Under the pieces are notes generated by a model, which saw nothing but the letters and a program-made list of their open reading frames with translations, was not told the origin of the DNA and did not search any database. A stretch of DNA of 64,000 nucleotides from Octopus vulgaris (Eukaryota), in assembly GCA_951406725.2 (NCBI GenBank), contig OX597815.1:24242001-24306000 (forward strand), in the 5' to 3' direction. Made by a program: the position numbers and the translations under genes. This document shows positions 23,660-36,995 of the stretch, piece after piece (the first letter of the stretch is position 1; every line of letters begins with the position of its first letter).

Positions 23660-24019
23660 ATGGCGGCTACGGAAGATCCGTTTGCGTGCATGAGCGCCCA
23701 AGAATTGAAATATCTCACTGTAGATCGCAATCGTCTAACAGACCCTTCGGCACAATCACAATGGGCTGCCAAACGAATGGTTTGGGTACCTCACGACTCT
23801 CATGGCTTCATTGCCGGCTGTGTAGTAGAAGAAAAAGGCGACGAAGTTGTCGTCGAAGTCGAAGAAACTGGCAAGCGGACAACATTTCACAGAGATGACA
23901 TACAAAAAGCAAACCCCCCTAAATTCAATAAAGTTGAGGATATGGCAGAACTTACTTGTTTAAATGAAGCTTCAGTACTTCATAATCTGAAAGATCGTTA
24001 CTATTCTGGCCTGATTTAT
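23660..24019 (+). CDS. MYH10: Non-muscle myosin II heavy chain (zipper / MYH9-MYH10 class), first coding exon: N-terminus, SH3-like domain and start of the motor domain
   Basis: MAATEDP...KYLTVDRN...[11 protein letters not shown]...[42 protein letters not shown]. Strong start context AAAATGGCGG. 120 codons end at a phase-0 GTAAGT donor (24020), matching the intron position I recall in vertebrate MYH9/10. The symbol denotes the class; a one-to-one ortholog is not implied. Confidence 0.95.
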
Positions 24020-24552
24020 GTAAGTAATAAATATTTCCATATCTTTCGATGGGGGGTGAGAAAAAAAAAAAGCTAAAATGGTGTTTTAAGTTTTGTCAGT
24101 CAAGATGTGATAAGTATTAAATATGCGGGTCGTTCACAACAAAGTCATAAACTGGTATTTTAAAATTATATAAATCAGTAGATGTTGTAAAATCATTGTC
24201 TTAGTGGACATAGAACCCGCCTTCTTTACCTTTAGGTGTTTTCAATTAGTCATATGCACATAACTTTCTAGGGAAAAATAGACGAAGATGTACCAATATT
24301 AATTATAAAATGCATTAAAATCTGATATTTTTCGCCCTTTGTGTACAGCTTTATTAGTGTCACACTCGGATTTTTGTGCTTTGGGTTGTATTACTGAGTG
24401 ACAATCGAATTGCATTAGGTCAAGCACACCCATATTCACCTAGCAACTTAGATCTTTAAAATATCAATTTCTTTCTTAACGCTACTAGGTCCTACCTTTC
24501 ATTTAGTACTCTATTTTTGCCACCGGTGACTACAGTTGCTGTTTTCTCAAAT

Positions 24553-25282
24553 ATGTGCGTGTGTATATTTATGTGCTTGTATGTATGTGCGTGTATGTAT
24601 GTATGTATGTATGTGTATATATGTGCGTGTGTGTATATATATATGTGTGTGTGTATACATATATATATATATATGCGTGTATGTGTATATATGTGTGTGT
24701 ATATCTATATATATATGTGTGTGTATATCTATATATATATATGCGTGTATGTGTATATATATATGTGCGTGTATGTGTATATATATATGTGCGTGTATGT
24801 GTATATATATATGTGCGTGTATGTGTATATATATATGTGTGTGTATATCTATATATATATGCGTGTATATGTCTGTATATGTATTTGTGTGTGTGTGTGT
24901 ATCTATCTATATGCGTGTATATGTATATTTACACACTAGTGCCTGTATATGTATTTGTGTGTGTGTGTGAGTGTGTATCTATATATATGCATGTATATGT
25001 GTGTATATGTATATTTACACACTAGTGTCTGTATATGTATTTGCATGTGTTCATATATATATACACTCACACATACAATTGCGTGTGAGTGTATATATGG
25101 TGTGTAATATACACAAATATATTTACATATATATTTACACACAAATATATTTACATATATATACACACACACACATACAGACTGTTTTTAAGTATTGTCA
25201 TTTTGTTTTTACGACAGTCATTGTCATCTGGAAAACAATTTCATTATATACACACATATATATATATATATGTGTGTGTGTG
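24553..25282. repeat. (TA/TG) compound microsatellite with a 24-bp minisatellite core
   Basis: GCGTGTATGTGTATATATATATGT repeated at about 24740-24840; ACACACTAGTG block duplicated near 24930 and 25020. Confidence 0.95.
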
Positions 25283-26699
25283 TTTACCGCCCACATTTTT
25301 TTGATAATTTTTATCATAATCTGAAAAAAAAATAATAATACCCGACCCACCTCATTCTATTTTTTTTCCTCTAATATTCTTAATTAAAATGTCATTCCTT
25401 CTTAAGCCATTATATAATTCCAATTCCCTTTGATCGCCTTTATTTTTTCTATCAACTGTTCATCAAACTCGTCTCTTGATCATTCTGTGACAATCTTTTA
25501 ATATATATATATATATAGATATATAGATTCATTGTTTATATATTTGATAAATGTCTAAAGCCTATTTCTCTCTCTCTCCCCGAGACAAAAATACAGTCAC
25601 TGCGAGATGTGTCATCAAACACACACTTCCCGCACCCTTTCGTTTAATATTTCCTTTCCTCTTTGTCAACATTGTCGACTAGATTTACGGTCTCTGAGGG
25701 AAAAGCAAGACAATAAACTTGCATTCGTTTTTATATGTTCACGTCTGTTTGGCATGTGGCTTTTCTTTTACTCTAAACTTTAAATTAAGCATTTAAAATT
25801 TTCTCGTGTATACTCTCGAGAATCTGCCAAGATACTGTTTTATCAATGGGAAAGGTGTAGGCCGATGCTGTTTCACGGAGGAGTTTGCTTAGCTGCCTTT
25901 GTACTTTGGCAAATTTCGACTTCTGACATCTACATCGTTTGTCTGTGTATTGTGTGTGTGTATCTATCTCTTTCTCATTCTTTCTCTCCCTTTTTCATTT
26001 CGCTCTCTCTTTCTCTCTCTCCCTCTTATATATTTAGAATGATTGATATACATACATATATTCACATGTATATCTATGCACACACACACACACATGAAAA
26101 GGATATGTGTGTGTGTATTTACACAGTTCTATATAAGTATATAGCTTCATCTGCAGGGGGCGATGTATGTATATGTGTATATATTTATGTATGTGTATAT
26201 ATAATATATTCATACACATATTCATAAAGGGACATACATAGGCTTTTAGAAAATCTCACAAGGTAGATAGAAATTCCCTTTACTGTAGTGAAGGCAATCC
26301 ACTTCGAAAAGCAATAATTCTAATTAAAAATTGACACTGTGGAGGGCATATTTAATCCTGGTAGTGCAACAAAACACACCCAGCTCATGCTGTAAAGTGG
26401 TTGGTCGTAGGAAGGGGACGTCCGGCTTATAAAACAGTGTCACACCTATGTAATGCTCCTACTTGATAACTCCTAATTCTAATTGCAAATACCATCCCAA
26501 TATTCAACCTAGCTGTACATAGATAGGTGGTATTGAGGTGGAAAGACTCGGCCATGTGCAAGAACTCTTTTTAACAAGAACCACGCTGAAGTACATTCCT
26601 CTACAAGAAAATTTTAAGCATCAACCCTTTGACTGTAGAATATATTTCTCTTATCAGGTATAAAAAGAAATCAAGTCAAATCAGACAAACAAAAGTCTT

Positions 26700-27230
26700 A
26701 GAACTGCAACTATTGCAGTAGACAGTTGTATGGTCAAAAATTGCCATTAAAGGGGATTTTCTTTCTGAGTGAAGGGTAGATTCTAAGATGCTTGTGTATG
26801 AACTACAATGCTTCATTCAAGGTTGTGGGATGTGGGCAATGAATACAGAAGTTGGAAAAAAACAAAACAAGCATGATCTACTGGTTGTGTTATGTGAGTG
26901 TGTGTGCATGTTATAACGAGGCATAGAGGAAAACAAGATATAGGAGGAATTAACTGTTGTGTGCAAGAGAGACGACTATCACTTTACCCGTCTGTCATCA
27001 TCCATATGCATGTATATTGAGTATGGATGATGTCTGTTGGATCAAGAAGTACCAGGAGATCCATGTGGAGGGGACCGGTTCAATAGGGAGACCTTCAAAA
27101 ACATGAGAAGAAATTACGAAAGCTGATCTCTGAATGTTGAACCTCATAAAGGAGAAGAGAAAGAATGTTGCAGAAACCTGTCCAACCCATGCAAGTGTGG
27201 GGGAAAATGGTCTTATGGTGATGATATTTG
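26700..27230 (+). mobile_element. Old RTE 3' fragment
   Basis: SLRVKGRF*DACV*TTML, CVQERRL and GRP-like pieces, ending TCCAACCCATGCAAGTGTGG. Confidence 0.6.
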
Positions 27231-28049
27231 TGTTTGTGTATGTCCACTTTCCATGCTGACATGGTTGGATGATTCAGCAAGATCTGATGTATCAGAGTAT
27301 TGCATTGTGCTTGAATGACTCAGTTCTGGCATGGTTTTTATGGTTGGATGCTTTCGTTTGGGTTTTTGTGACCATGGTTTTGGACCAGCTGCACAGTTTG
27401 CCAGTCCATATGCAGGATGTTTTCACAATATGCCCCATGTGTGGATGGCAGTTGGCTCACAGTGAGGTCATCTATTGTTTGACAAGGCCCTCCTTGCATG
27501 GCAAGTCCGGTGGGGGAGCTGGTTTAGTCATCGACCACCCAATTAGGGAACGGGTAGTATTGGGTTACATAGAACCATTAATAGGATTTTCTTGACCTGA
27601 CCTGATAAATGTCAAAACAGTTTTACTTTGGTATGTATTAGGTTTGGAGATGAAAAAGAAATCAGGAGTGTTTAGAATATCATGTCAATGGGGGTGGGGC
27701 TGAAACAAGTTAATGAAGAGAGTTGAGGAGTGCAACAGATCTGGTTTTAGTACGGGTAACACACTTGTAGGATAAGTGAGAGAGCCATGAGGAGTTGTGA
27801 GTGTTAGAACAAGAACAAGGACTTCAGTGCAAGAGGAGATATGATGGAAGAAATTATTGGTGGTTCAAGGACTTAGGGGTGTATAAAGTTGGGGGAGCGA
27901 GGGAAGTAGTTTGATCGGGTGACCCAAAGTATTCTTTTAAGGCTTGTTCTTCCACGTTAAAATCTAGAGCCCCAAATCCCTCAAGTGGTTCCATTCTTAG
28001 TTGTAGTTGAAGCTGTTTTTATCTAAATCTGTAAATGGCAAAAAGCAAG

Positions 28050-29760
28050 GGGCACAATTTCTGGTAAAACTCAATCTGCAAGGACACTATCTGAACCATA
28101 ACAATTACTTTATGCACCATACAGCCCTCAAGCTATTCTGCCATGCAAGCAGTAGCCAATCCATTTGATCCCTTATCAAAAGGATTTCTACCAGTCTACC
28201 AGAATCTTCCCTTCCACTTCACAACAATAATGGCTCATGAACACTGTTGAAAAAGCCTTCATCTTCACTATTTGCTTTGCGGCCAACCGCACACTTAACA
28301 CACTTGGCAAATTTCCAATTCTATCCCCTTCCATCCTACAAGGACCCCTACCTTGCATGCACATGCCAAGTGTGAAAATACCGTTTAGTACTTTCAGACT
28401 AAAAAGGCTGAGCCAGACCCTAATTTCACTGAGTTCTTCAATTTTTCTTTCTCCACAAGAATCTTTGGAAACACTAGTGTATCTTATTCCTGGGAAAGGT
28501 GACTCCTTTAACCCTGCCAGCTATTGCTCTATCACGTTCACTTGTAATATCTCTCAAGTAATGGAGTCAGCCATTGCAACATCATCCAACACATTGAATC
28601 TGTCTCCCCGATTTAATGGCCACCCATATGGTCTCTGTTAGGCCATATTCACTGATGACCTACTCTCATTTGTCACCCATCGGTGGACTTTTACTTTGGA
28701 GAAATTTGCTGATCATAATGTTGACCCTTGATATCATCAAAGCTTTTGACTATATCTGGCATGTGAATCTCCTGCTGAAACAGCCTATCTAGGGATTCCA
28801 CTCTTCCCTCGTCTCTTGGATAGGTAGCTTCCCATCAAATTGCACTATTCACATGCTTTTTCTGTTCACTTTCTATCAACTCTGGTGTACCCTTGGGTTC
28901 AGTTTTGTCCCTCACTCTTTTCCATACATGAAGGACTATTTACTACTCCACGCAGCAATACACACTTTCACAGAAGACCCTACCTTTGCTTTCCTATCTT
29001 CTCCAATCACTTATTATCCACTCATAACCTCTAAATCTACAGGTTCAAATCAACACTGACACTATGAACAGAGACTTCAGAAGTATCCCCCATAGGAATA
29101 TGCAAATCTTGTCTCTTTCAACAAGATAGCACCAATACTATTCGTGTCAAGAAAATACCACCAGACCACTCTCTTCATGAGCAGCACTCGGAGCTCTCAA
29201 AATTGTTCCAGTTGTTGAGTCCCACTACTACCAAGGATCTTTCTTTTGGGAGAGCACATCCCTAGCATATGTAGGATTGCATCTCAACGACTGCTTCTTC
29301 TCTTCAGGGCAGGAAGACTTCATCCCCCTACAATTATCAATATTCTACTAAGCTTAGGAGAAGCACACAATGAAGTATTGATCTTACATCTGGGATGACA
29401 TCTTAAACCATGTTTAGAAAAGGGCCACTTGTCTGAATGGCATGAAACCACTTACAGACTCCAACCTCTGATTGACTGACACGCTGTCTTCTCTCTCTGC
29501 CTTTCCTATCACTACCATAATGGCCTCTACTCATAGGATCTGGTTGGTTCATATTCCTCCACTCAGGTATTCTCCTATTCACCTCTCCTCTCTTATTATC
29601 TTTATGTCCATGTCTCCAGGCCTTACACTAATCACTATTACACAGTCCTTCCTTACCTGAACACTGGCCCTCAATAACTCCTTGCTCATACTTTTCCTGT
29701 TGGCTTTGACATACAGAGGCTTAATAGGGACATTCATGGCATCAGCCTCATTGCCCTTTC
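28050..29760 (+). mobile_element. Decayed CR1/Jockey-group LINE (RT region and 3' end)
   Basis: IPGKGDSFNPASYCSIT...SQVME, KAFDYIWH and SGVPLGSVLSLTLF motifs; many stops and frameshifts. Confidence 0.7.
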
Positions 29761-30212
29761 AGATCCAGCAATTAAAAATATAAATTTATGTACAAATGCA
29801 GGTGTGTGTATGTGTATAGGTGCAGTTTGTCTGAATGGTTTAGAAGTTTGCTTTGCAACCATGAGATCCTGGGTTCACTTTCATTTGTGACATCTCGGGC
29901 AAATGTCACTTTCTACAGCCTTGGGCTGATTCATACTTTGTGAGTGAAACTGAGTCGATAGAAATTGTATGGAAGCCTATTGGAGGGTTTGGTCTTGTGT
30001 CATGCTGTTTCTGCTTGAAAATTATGCCAAAGATACTCATGTTTGTTAATGCTTACAGCTACGTATAAGTTAATTTAATGAGCAGGTAAACTATTTGATT
30101 AAGCAGCCAAATCCTCACCACTGAAATGGGTGGTCCATCCATCTGTTTATGGGTGGATGTGTGTGTGTGTGTATGTGTGTAATATATAAGGTGAAGCATG
30201 TTCACATTTTGG

Positions 30213-30455
30213 GTAAAAAGCACCAACCGATCATGGCCGTTGCCAGCCCCGCCTGGCACCTGTGCTAGTGGCACGTAAAAAGCACCCACCACACTCACAG
30301 AGTGGCTGGCATTAGGAAGGGCATCCAGCTGTAGAAACAATGCCAGATCAGACTGGACCCTGGTGCAGCCTCCTGGCTTCCCAGATCCCCGGTCGAACCG
30401 TCCAACCCATGCTAGCATGGAAAACGGACGTTAAACGACGACGACGATGATGATG
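30213..30455 (+). mobile_element. Family C retroposon (C1), young
   Basis: CpG-rich copy with a (GAC/GAT)n tail. Confidence 0.85.
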
Positions 30456-30639
30456 TATGAACATGTATGCATTCACACACATATGTATGTGTATTTGCAT
30501 ATATACTCATAAAGCCAAGACTGCATCTTTGGTCTCTTTCATAGCCTCTCATCTCTGTAATATTACATACCTATCACACACACCTTCTTATCACTGACCT
30601 GTCTGCAATCTATGTCACTGTCACCTTTGTCTAACGCTT

Positions 30640-31295
30640 TTGCTTTTAACACGCTTGTCTCTCGCTCTCCTGTTCATATTGCTCGTCTCTTGATGACTGT
30701 CGCTGTACTATGGCACTGATGTGAGTGAGAATAGTAGTAGATCTCTTCGGTTCAAATATATTTCCTTCTAGTGTAACTAAGATTCCCAGGGACCCATCTG
30801 TCCCTCTCTCTCATCGTTATATCCCTGATCTTTTACCATCTTAAGGGACTCCATCATATGAATATACATGTCTGATACTCTACTGCTCTCCCTCCCATTG
30901 GCGATTTAGTATCGACAGCCATCGTTCACCACTCGCTTATTTATTCATTCTTACTATCCATTCACTCTCTCGCCCCTATCTTCTCTACTGCCGAGGCCCC
31001 CCGATAAAACGCACCCAGTACACTTAGCGAAATGGTTTCGCGTTAGGAAGGACACCCAGCCGTAGAAACCGAACCCAAAATGAGACTTGTAGCAAGATGT
31101 AATACTCTTCTAGGAAAGCTACAATGAACTGTCCATTCCATCCAGCATGGAAGCGGAAGTAAAACCACGGCGACAACGACTATATCTATCTATCTGTCTA
31201 TCTATCTATCTATCTGTCTGTCTGTAAATATACATGTCTAAATATACATACATATATATATACACATACATACATACATACATACACACACACAC

Positions 31296-31365
<70 letters not shown>

Positions 31366-33550
31366 TATGCGCGCGTACGTGCTCCATGTTTATATGTAAT
31401 ATATAATACTATATTCATTACGCGCGCACACATACTTTTTTTACATAATTGTGTGTGTATATATACACTATGTATACATTTATGACATACTGTAATAATA
31501 ACATTAATATAATAAATATGTATATAAATATCAATATAATTATTTTCTTAACGTCTTGTTCGTTGATTTTTGTGTGTGTGTTCATAGTTGAACTCAAGTT
31601 CTCACGGCATTGTATGGAGCACATGAAAAATTGTGCATTGCCACTGTAGTGCCTTCACGTTTCTTCCACAACTGCTTATGTCTAGCCTTCCACGCTGCCT
31701 CAATGCTTTGTCTACGACGGTTCACGTGTTTTACTTGTTCACTCTTGTAGTCTTTGTCTCTGCTGCTTTACACTGTTTTGCAAAAAAATATCGTATCACT
31801 GACGTTGTGTGTGTTTATTTTTATTTATTATATATATTGTATACCGCCTTTCTTTAGTTATTTAACGGCTGTCACACAGTCTTAAGCGAAATTTGATAAG
31901 AAATTGTTATTTAATATCTCTCTCTCTCTTAATGGTATGCAAGTTCTTAAATAAAAAGAAAAGGACAAAAATATGCTTAACCAATGATTGTTAGGAGGGC
32001 TTCTTTCATAACGAAATTTTAAAAAAAGTAAAAAAAAAACCAATTAGTTTCTTCCCCATCTCTTCCTCTCTCTCCAAGTCCCTTCCTCATCTCTTGCCCC
32101 CTTTCTCTGTCTCGCCATCCCCTTTTTTCCCCCCCTGCAGCCTCTCCTTTCATTATCTCTCTCTCTCCCGGAAGTCAGCATCAATTCTTTAAAAGCTTGG
32201 TCATTCTAGATCGGGTTATGTATCATCTCTGAGGAGTGGTTACAGAGGATGCTGAATATTTTGATAATTCAACTTTCCAAACCGCTGCTACACTTACCGT
32301 TTTCTTCATCACCCAAGCCTTCTTTTTTTCTTAGTTACATGTAAATTAGTGTTTCAGAAAATAAAATACATTTTGCATGTCATAATGCTTAATTGTCTAT
32401 CGCCATACTTTCTCCTTTTCGTGTGACAACTCAAACGAATTTTTGCTTTATAATCGCAATTGCTATTTATGGGTGGAAATTGGTTTCTTTGTTACCGAAA
32501 ACTTGTGCTTTAATGACCAAACACGCCAGTTCTGTTAACCTCACGTATATAAATAATTTTCGAACAATAGCCTTGTGAAGATTTTTAAAATTTGGGGGTG
32601 GAGTAATATGTTTCATTGTTTGTTTTTAATAGAATATTTTAAATAGATATAAACTCTTTTATTTTACTTTCTCAAAATAGATAAATTTTTCACAGCGTTA
32701 TATATGTGACATCTAAAAAGTATATGTTAAAAGAATTTTCGCATCCTGACATTAGCTTTTAATATTTTTAGCTTTGATTTACTATTTTCGATTAATCCTA
32801 TAAGACCTCTTCCCACACCAGACCATTTAGCGAAACGGAAAAGCTTTGTTTTCAATTCTTCGTTGTTGTCTGAGGGATATATATATATGTATGTATATAT
32901 AGGATACTACAATGTCTGAAACGAAATCACTATTTTTTGTACTTTACCGGTTTAAAAAAGAAAAGGATGTTTCTTTTCTATTTTTTTTTTAATGTCAAAT
33001 AACACTCGGAAGGGTTTTCTTATTAAAAATCCGCTGTTTTTAGTGTGAGGGTTTATGTTGTGGCAATTCATATTTGACCCCCAATTTTCTGAATCCGTAA
33101 TAATTACCACAAAAATCATGAAGTACATTCTATTTGTAAACTTGCGTTAGTATTTTAAAGCTAGAAATGTTGTGGGTTTATTAAAACTAGTACTGTTCAT
33201 TATACTAAATTTTCATACTTTAAAATAAGTATGCTGTCCAACCACTTTGTTTTGTCTTATTGGGGAAATTATCTCAGGACTAAGTTGTTCGTTAAGTTAC
33301 GACGTGAAAGAAAAGAAAACTGGCCTGTATGCTTGCAAGACAGTGGACTTAACTTTTAGCGTACCCAAGGTTGTGTGTGGGATTAGATCTGGTGATGGAT
33401 TAAGACTGCCTCTAAAGAACAGGAACATTCCTTCCTATGTACTCCCACACAATTTCTGTTGACCAAATTTTTGTTAAAAGGCTTTGGTTCACTTACAGTT
33501 ATGGATAGAAAACACCCGTCTACGATGCTACACAGTGGATTGACCCCGAG
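30640..33550. promoter_or_regulatory. Intronic CpG-retaining region (candidate enhancer or alternative promoter)
   Basis: CG dinucleotides are frequent in unique AT-rich sequence, unlike flanking 33.6-36 kb (judged by eye). Pyrimidine tract followed by ETS motif CCGGAAGT at about 32168. Confidence 0.4.
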
Positions 33551-34094
33551 GTGACATACTTTCTGTGCTTGAGTCCATATTTAGTATATGACATTTGCAG
33601 TGACTCACTTGATTAAGACAGTGTCTTTAATATTTTTTCAAATGGCAACAATCCAAAATCTTATAGCTTCATCTGTAATAATCTTTCTTCTGAAAGTTTG
33701 TCTGAGTGTAGTAAATATGACACTGGCACTAACGTTGCTGGTTGAAAGACATTTGGTAAGGACTTATATATCTTCTATCTGTTAAAAAAAAGCTGTGTGT
33801 GTTCTGCAGCTATTATTAGGTTCGTTTCTTTAGCATTTCAAAACCTTGTTTTTAGCTTAAGGATTCAGGAAAGTGTTCTGATGTTATTTTAAAATTTACT
33901 CTAGAATACCTACCTGAATTTAACCTTTATCTACAGGTATATGCATTTCTGCTTGACTGACTTCTTTTCATCAGTGTGACACTATACACTTGCTGTCACT
34001 ATGACCCAGTGCATTGCACACCTGTCAGTGTAACCGCCTGCTTGTCAGTGTGACACTGTCCTGCAGATGAACTGAAATTTTGAGAACTAATTCT

Positions 34095-34283
34095 TTATCA
34101 TTCAGATTACTCTGTCAGATCTAATGCTTATCTATCCATATCACTTGAAGTTAATCCTGCATTATCAAGATTTCAATGATGTGATTATTTTTAGAATGAC
34201 GTTGTAGGATAGGCACGAGAGGCTAGATCTGGTTAGTTAGCATATTTGGGTTGCATATGGCTGGTATAAATGCTGAAGGGTGA
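34095..34283. mobile_element. Old TTAA-type MITE (family 2)
   Basis: Homologous to 49604-49820; ends AATGCTGAAGGGTGAA. Confidence 0.5.
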
Positions 34284-34596
34284 AATTATTGCTATGATTG
34301 ATACGTTAATACAGTTTCTTGACTTGATTCTGTGCATACAAAACTAAAAATGCTATTTTCAGATGACTGCAAATAGATGAGATTTTAAGAGTAGAGGTTT
34401 CCATACACTCTAAGTACTGTTGAAATGGATGTCATGTCTTTGAATTTGTTTTGGGATGAGAGAATGCTAGTATCATAATCAGTCAACAATTAAAAAAGAA
34501 ATTCCTACTTGAAAATAAGAAACAATATTTTGCCATTTTCTCTCCCGAAGTAATTTTTAGTTTAATTTGATGATGGTAATGTTATTTAAGAAATAT

Positions 34597-34633
<37 letters not shown>

Positions 34634-34827
34634 GGTGTCTTCTTTTTTGACATAGTGTGATAGTTGTAGGCAACTGTCACTGTCTTACAAGCCGGCCTTC
34701 ATTTCCAATCTTTTGTGCAAACATGTCTGGCCAAGGGGAGATGTTACCTTACTTGGGAACAGGGAGGGTTGGCAACAAGAAGAGCTTTAACAAATTCCAT
34801 TTGACTCATGCTTGCATGGAAATGTAG

Positions 34828-34862
<35 letters not shown>

Positions 34863-36727
34863 CTCTTAAGTGATAATCAATAATGACTGTTAATACAGGC
34901 ATAGAACAAATTATGGATAGTACTAGAGTTGATTAATTTGACTCGAGTACCTTGGTATTTATTTTATCAAGGCCAAAAGGATGAAAGGCAAAAGTCAACA
35001 ATGGCTCAACTTAAATGATGCAGCTCATAAAATGAATTTAACCAGATGCTACCATGCATTTTGGCTACTACTCAACAATTCTGTTACCACCATAATCATC
35101 ATCATCATCATCATTGTTCAGGTGGAATTCTTTGAGGAAGGTTTTCTATGGCAGGATGCACTTCTTGTTGCCAGCCTTCATTTGTTTTTGATACCTCCCC
35201 TTGGCATGACATCTTTTCATGGAAGATTGGAAATGACTGACACTGCTTGTATGACAGTGACACTTGCTTACAACAACCATGTAATGTCAGGACAAGGAGA
35301 CACATATGCATATAGATATACAAATAGATAGGCTTCTTTCAGTTTTTGTCTTTCCAAGTCCATCTATATGGCTTTGATTGGCCTAGAAGACACTCATGAT
35401 GCCATGTGCTGGGACAACCTGAAACCATGTGGCTAGGAAGTGAACTACATACCCACACAACCAATAGAGAAGTATATTTAATGTAGAATATGGAAGTCAT
35501 TAGGTTATCAGTTTGTATCTTCAGTTTCTAAGGGGATATTCTGGATTAATTACACAAGGTACAAATCACTTTGAACAGTAGTTTAAAACACTGGAATAAA
35601 AAACAGGACTCTATTGGATGTGGCCAGAGTCTGTACTTCAAAAGTAATTTGTATTTAATTTCTAAAGTGTTGTATGCTGGGTAAGACAAAAATTCAAGGC
35701 CCAAATATTAAGAAATGTAATGACAACTCAGGTTTATAATTTAGTTTTACCAATCATTGATATTCTAAAAGCTCTTAATAGCATAGTGTACTCTCCACAA
35801 AGGTTAAAAGTTCAGGGTATGTATTTGCTTGTATGGAATGTGATATGTAGTACTGAAGGCTGGAGAGGATGAAAAAAGGAAGAAAAAAAAAGCTGAATAC
35901 CTGTAATGGAATGGTTATAAATGTGTTGGAGCATGGTTTAAATTTTCTGTCTATATGATCTAGTTATGAGAAGTAAGTAGGTGAAATTTGTAAAGAGGAA
36001 ACCTGGTTGTCTGGAGAGATCTAAGACATCAGGTCAAGGAAATGATGAATCAACTTCTGTGAATTTTAATAGATGCTGATAAGTGTGTTTGAGAAGTTTG
36101 CTTCCCTTCTACATCATTTTAGGTTCAGTTTCACTGTGCGGCACTTTGGGCAAGTGTCTTCTAGTATAGCCCCAGGCTGACCAAAGCCTTGTGACTGGAT
36201 TTGGTGTATATGAGATTGTTTGTGTCTCATTGTTTTGACATTGCATGACTGTTGTAAATGAGTGGCATTCATCTCTGATGTGTGAAAGCATCTCTGGCCA
36301 CGAGCAAATATCTTGTTCGGAAACAGGCAAGGGTTGTCAACAGGAAGAGCATCTGGTTGTAGAACATCTGCTTCAATAATCCCTATCACATCCATGCAAG
36401 TATGGAGAAGTGGATATTAAAATGATAATGATGATATGGTAAACAATTGCAAGTTTTGCAGACAATTTATGCATGATTCTGATAATTTTCTCAATAATAA
36501 CTGCGTATCATCATTGCAATTAGTTTTTTTTTTTTGCTTCAATACAAGATTCTAGCAGATAAACATGCTAAAACAGTATTTTAGAACCATCCAATACATA
36601 GCATAAGTAGATAATGGATGTACAATATTGAAAATGTAATGTTTTTGTTCTTTTGGAGTAAATCCATTTTGAAAAAGAGAAAAATAAAACATATTTTTAT
36701 TCTTTGTTAATTCAAATGAGATATTCA

Positions 36728-36995
36728 TTCATCATCATCATCATCATCATCGTTTAACGTCCGCTTTCCATGCTAGCATGGGTTGGATGGTTTGACTGAG
36801 GGCTGGCGAACCAGATGGCTGCACCAGGCTCCAATCTTGATCTGGCAGAGTTTCTACAGCTGGATGCCCTTCCTAATGCCAACCACTCCGAGAGTGTAGT
36901 GGGTGCTTTTACGTGCCACCGGCACAGGGCCCAGTCAGGTGGTACTGGCAATGACCTCGCTCGAATCTTTTTACACATGCCACCGGCACGGAAGC
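36728..36995 (-). mobile_element. Family C retroposon (C2)
   Basis: (CAT)n + conserved tail + modules. Confidence 0.85.

Noticed and set aside
24020-24076. C-terminal [18 protein letters not shown] of the 138-aa ORF
   Set aside because: Read-through into the intron past the GTAAGT donor; myosin similarity stops at LIY.
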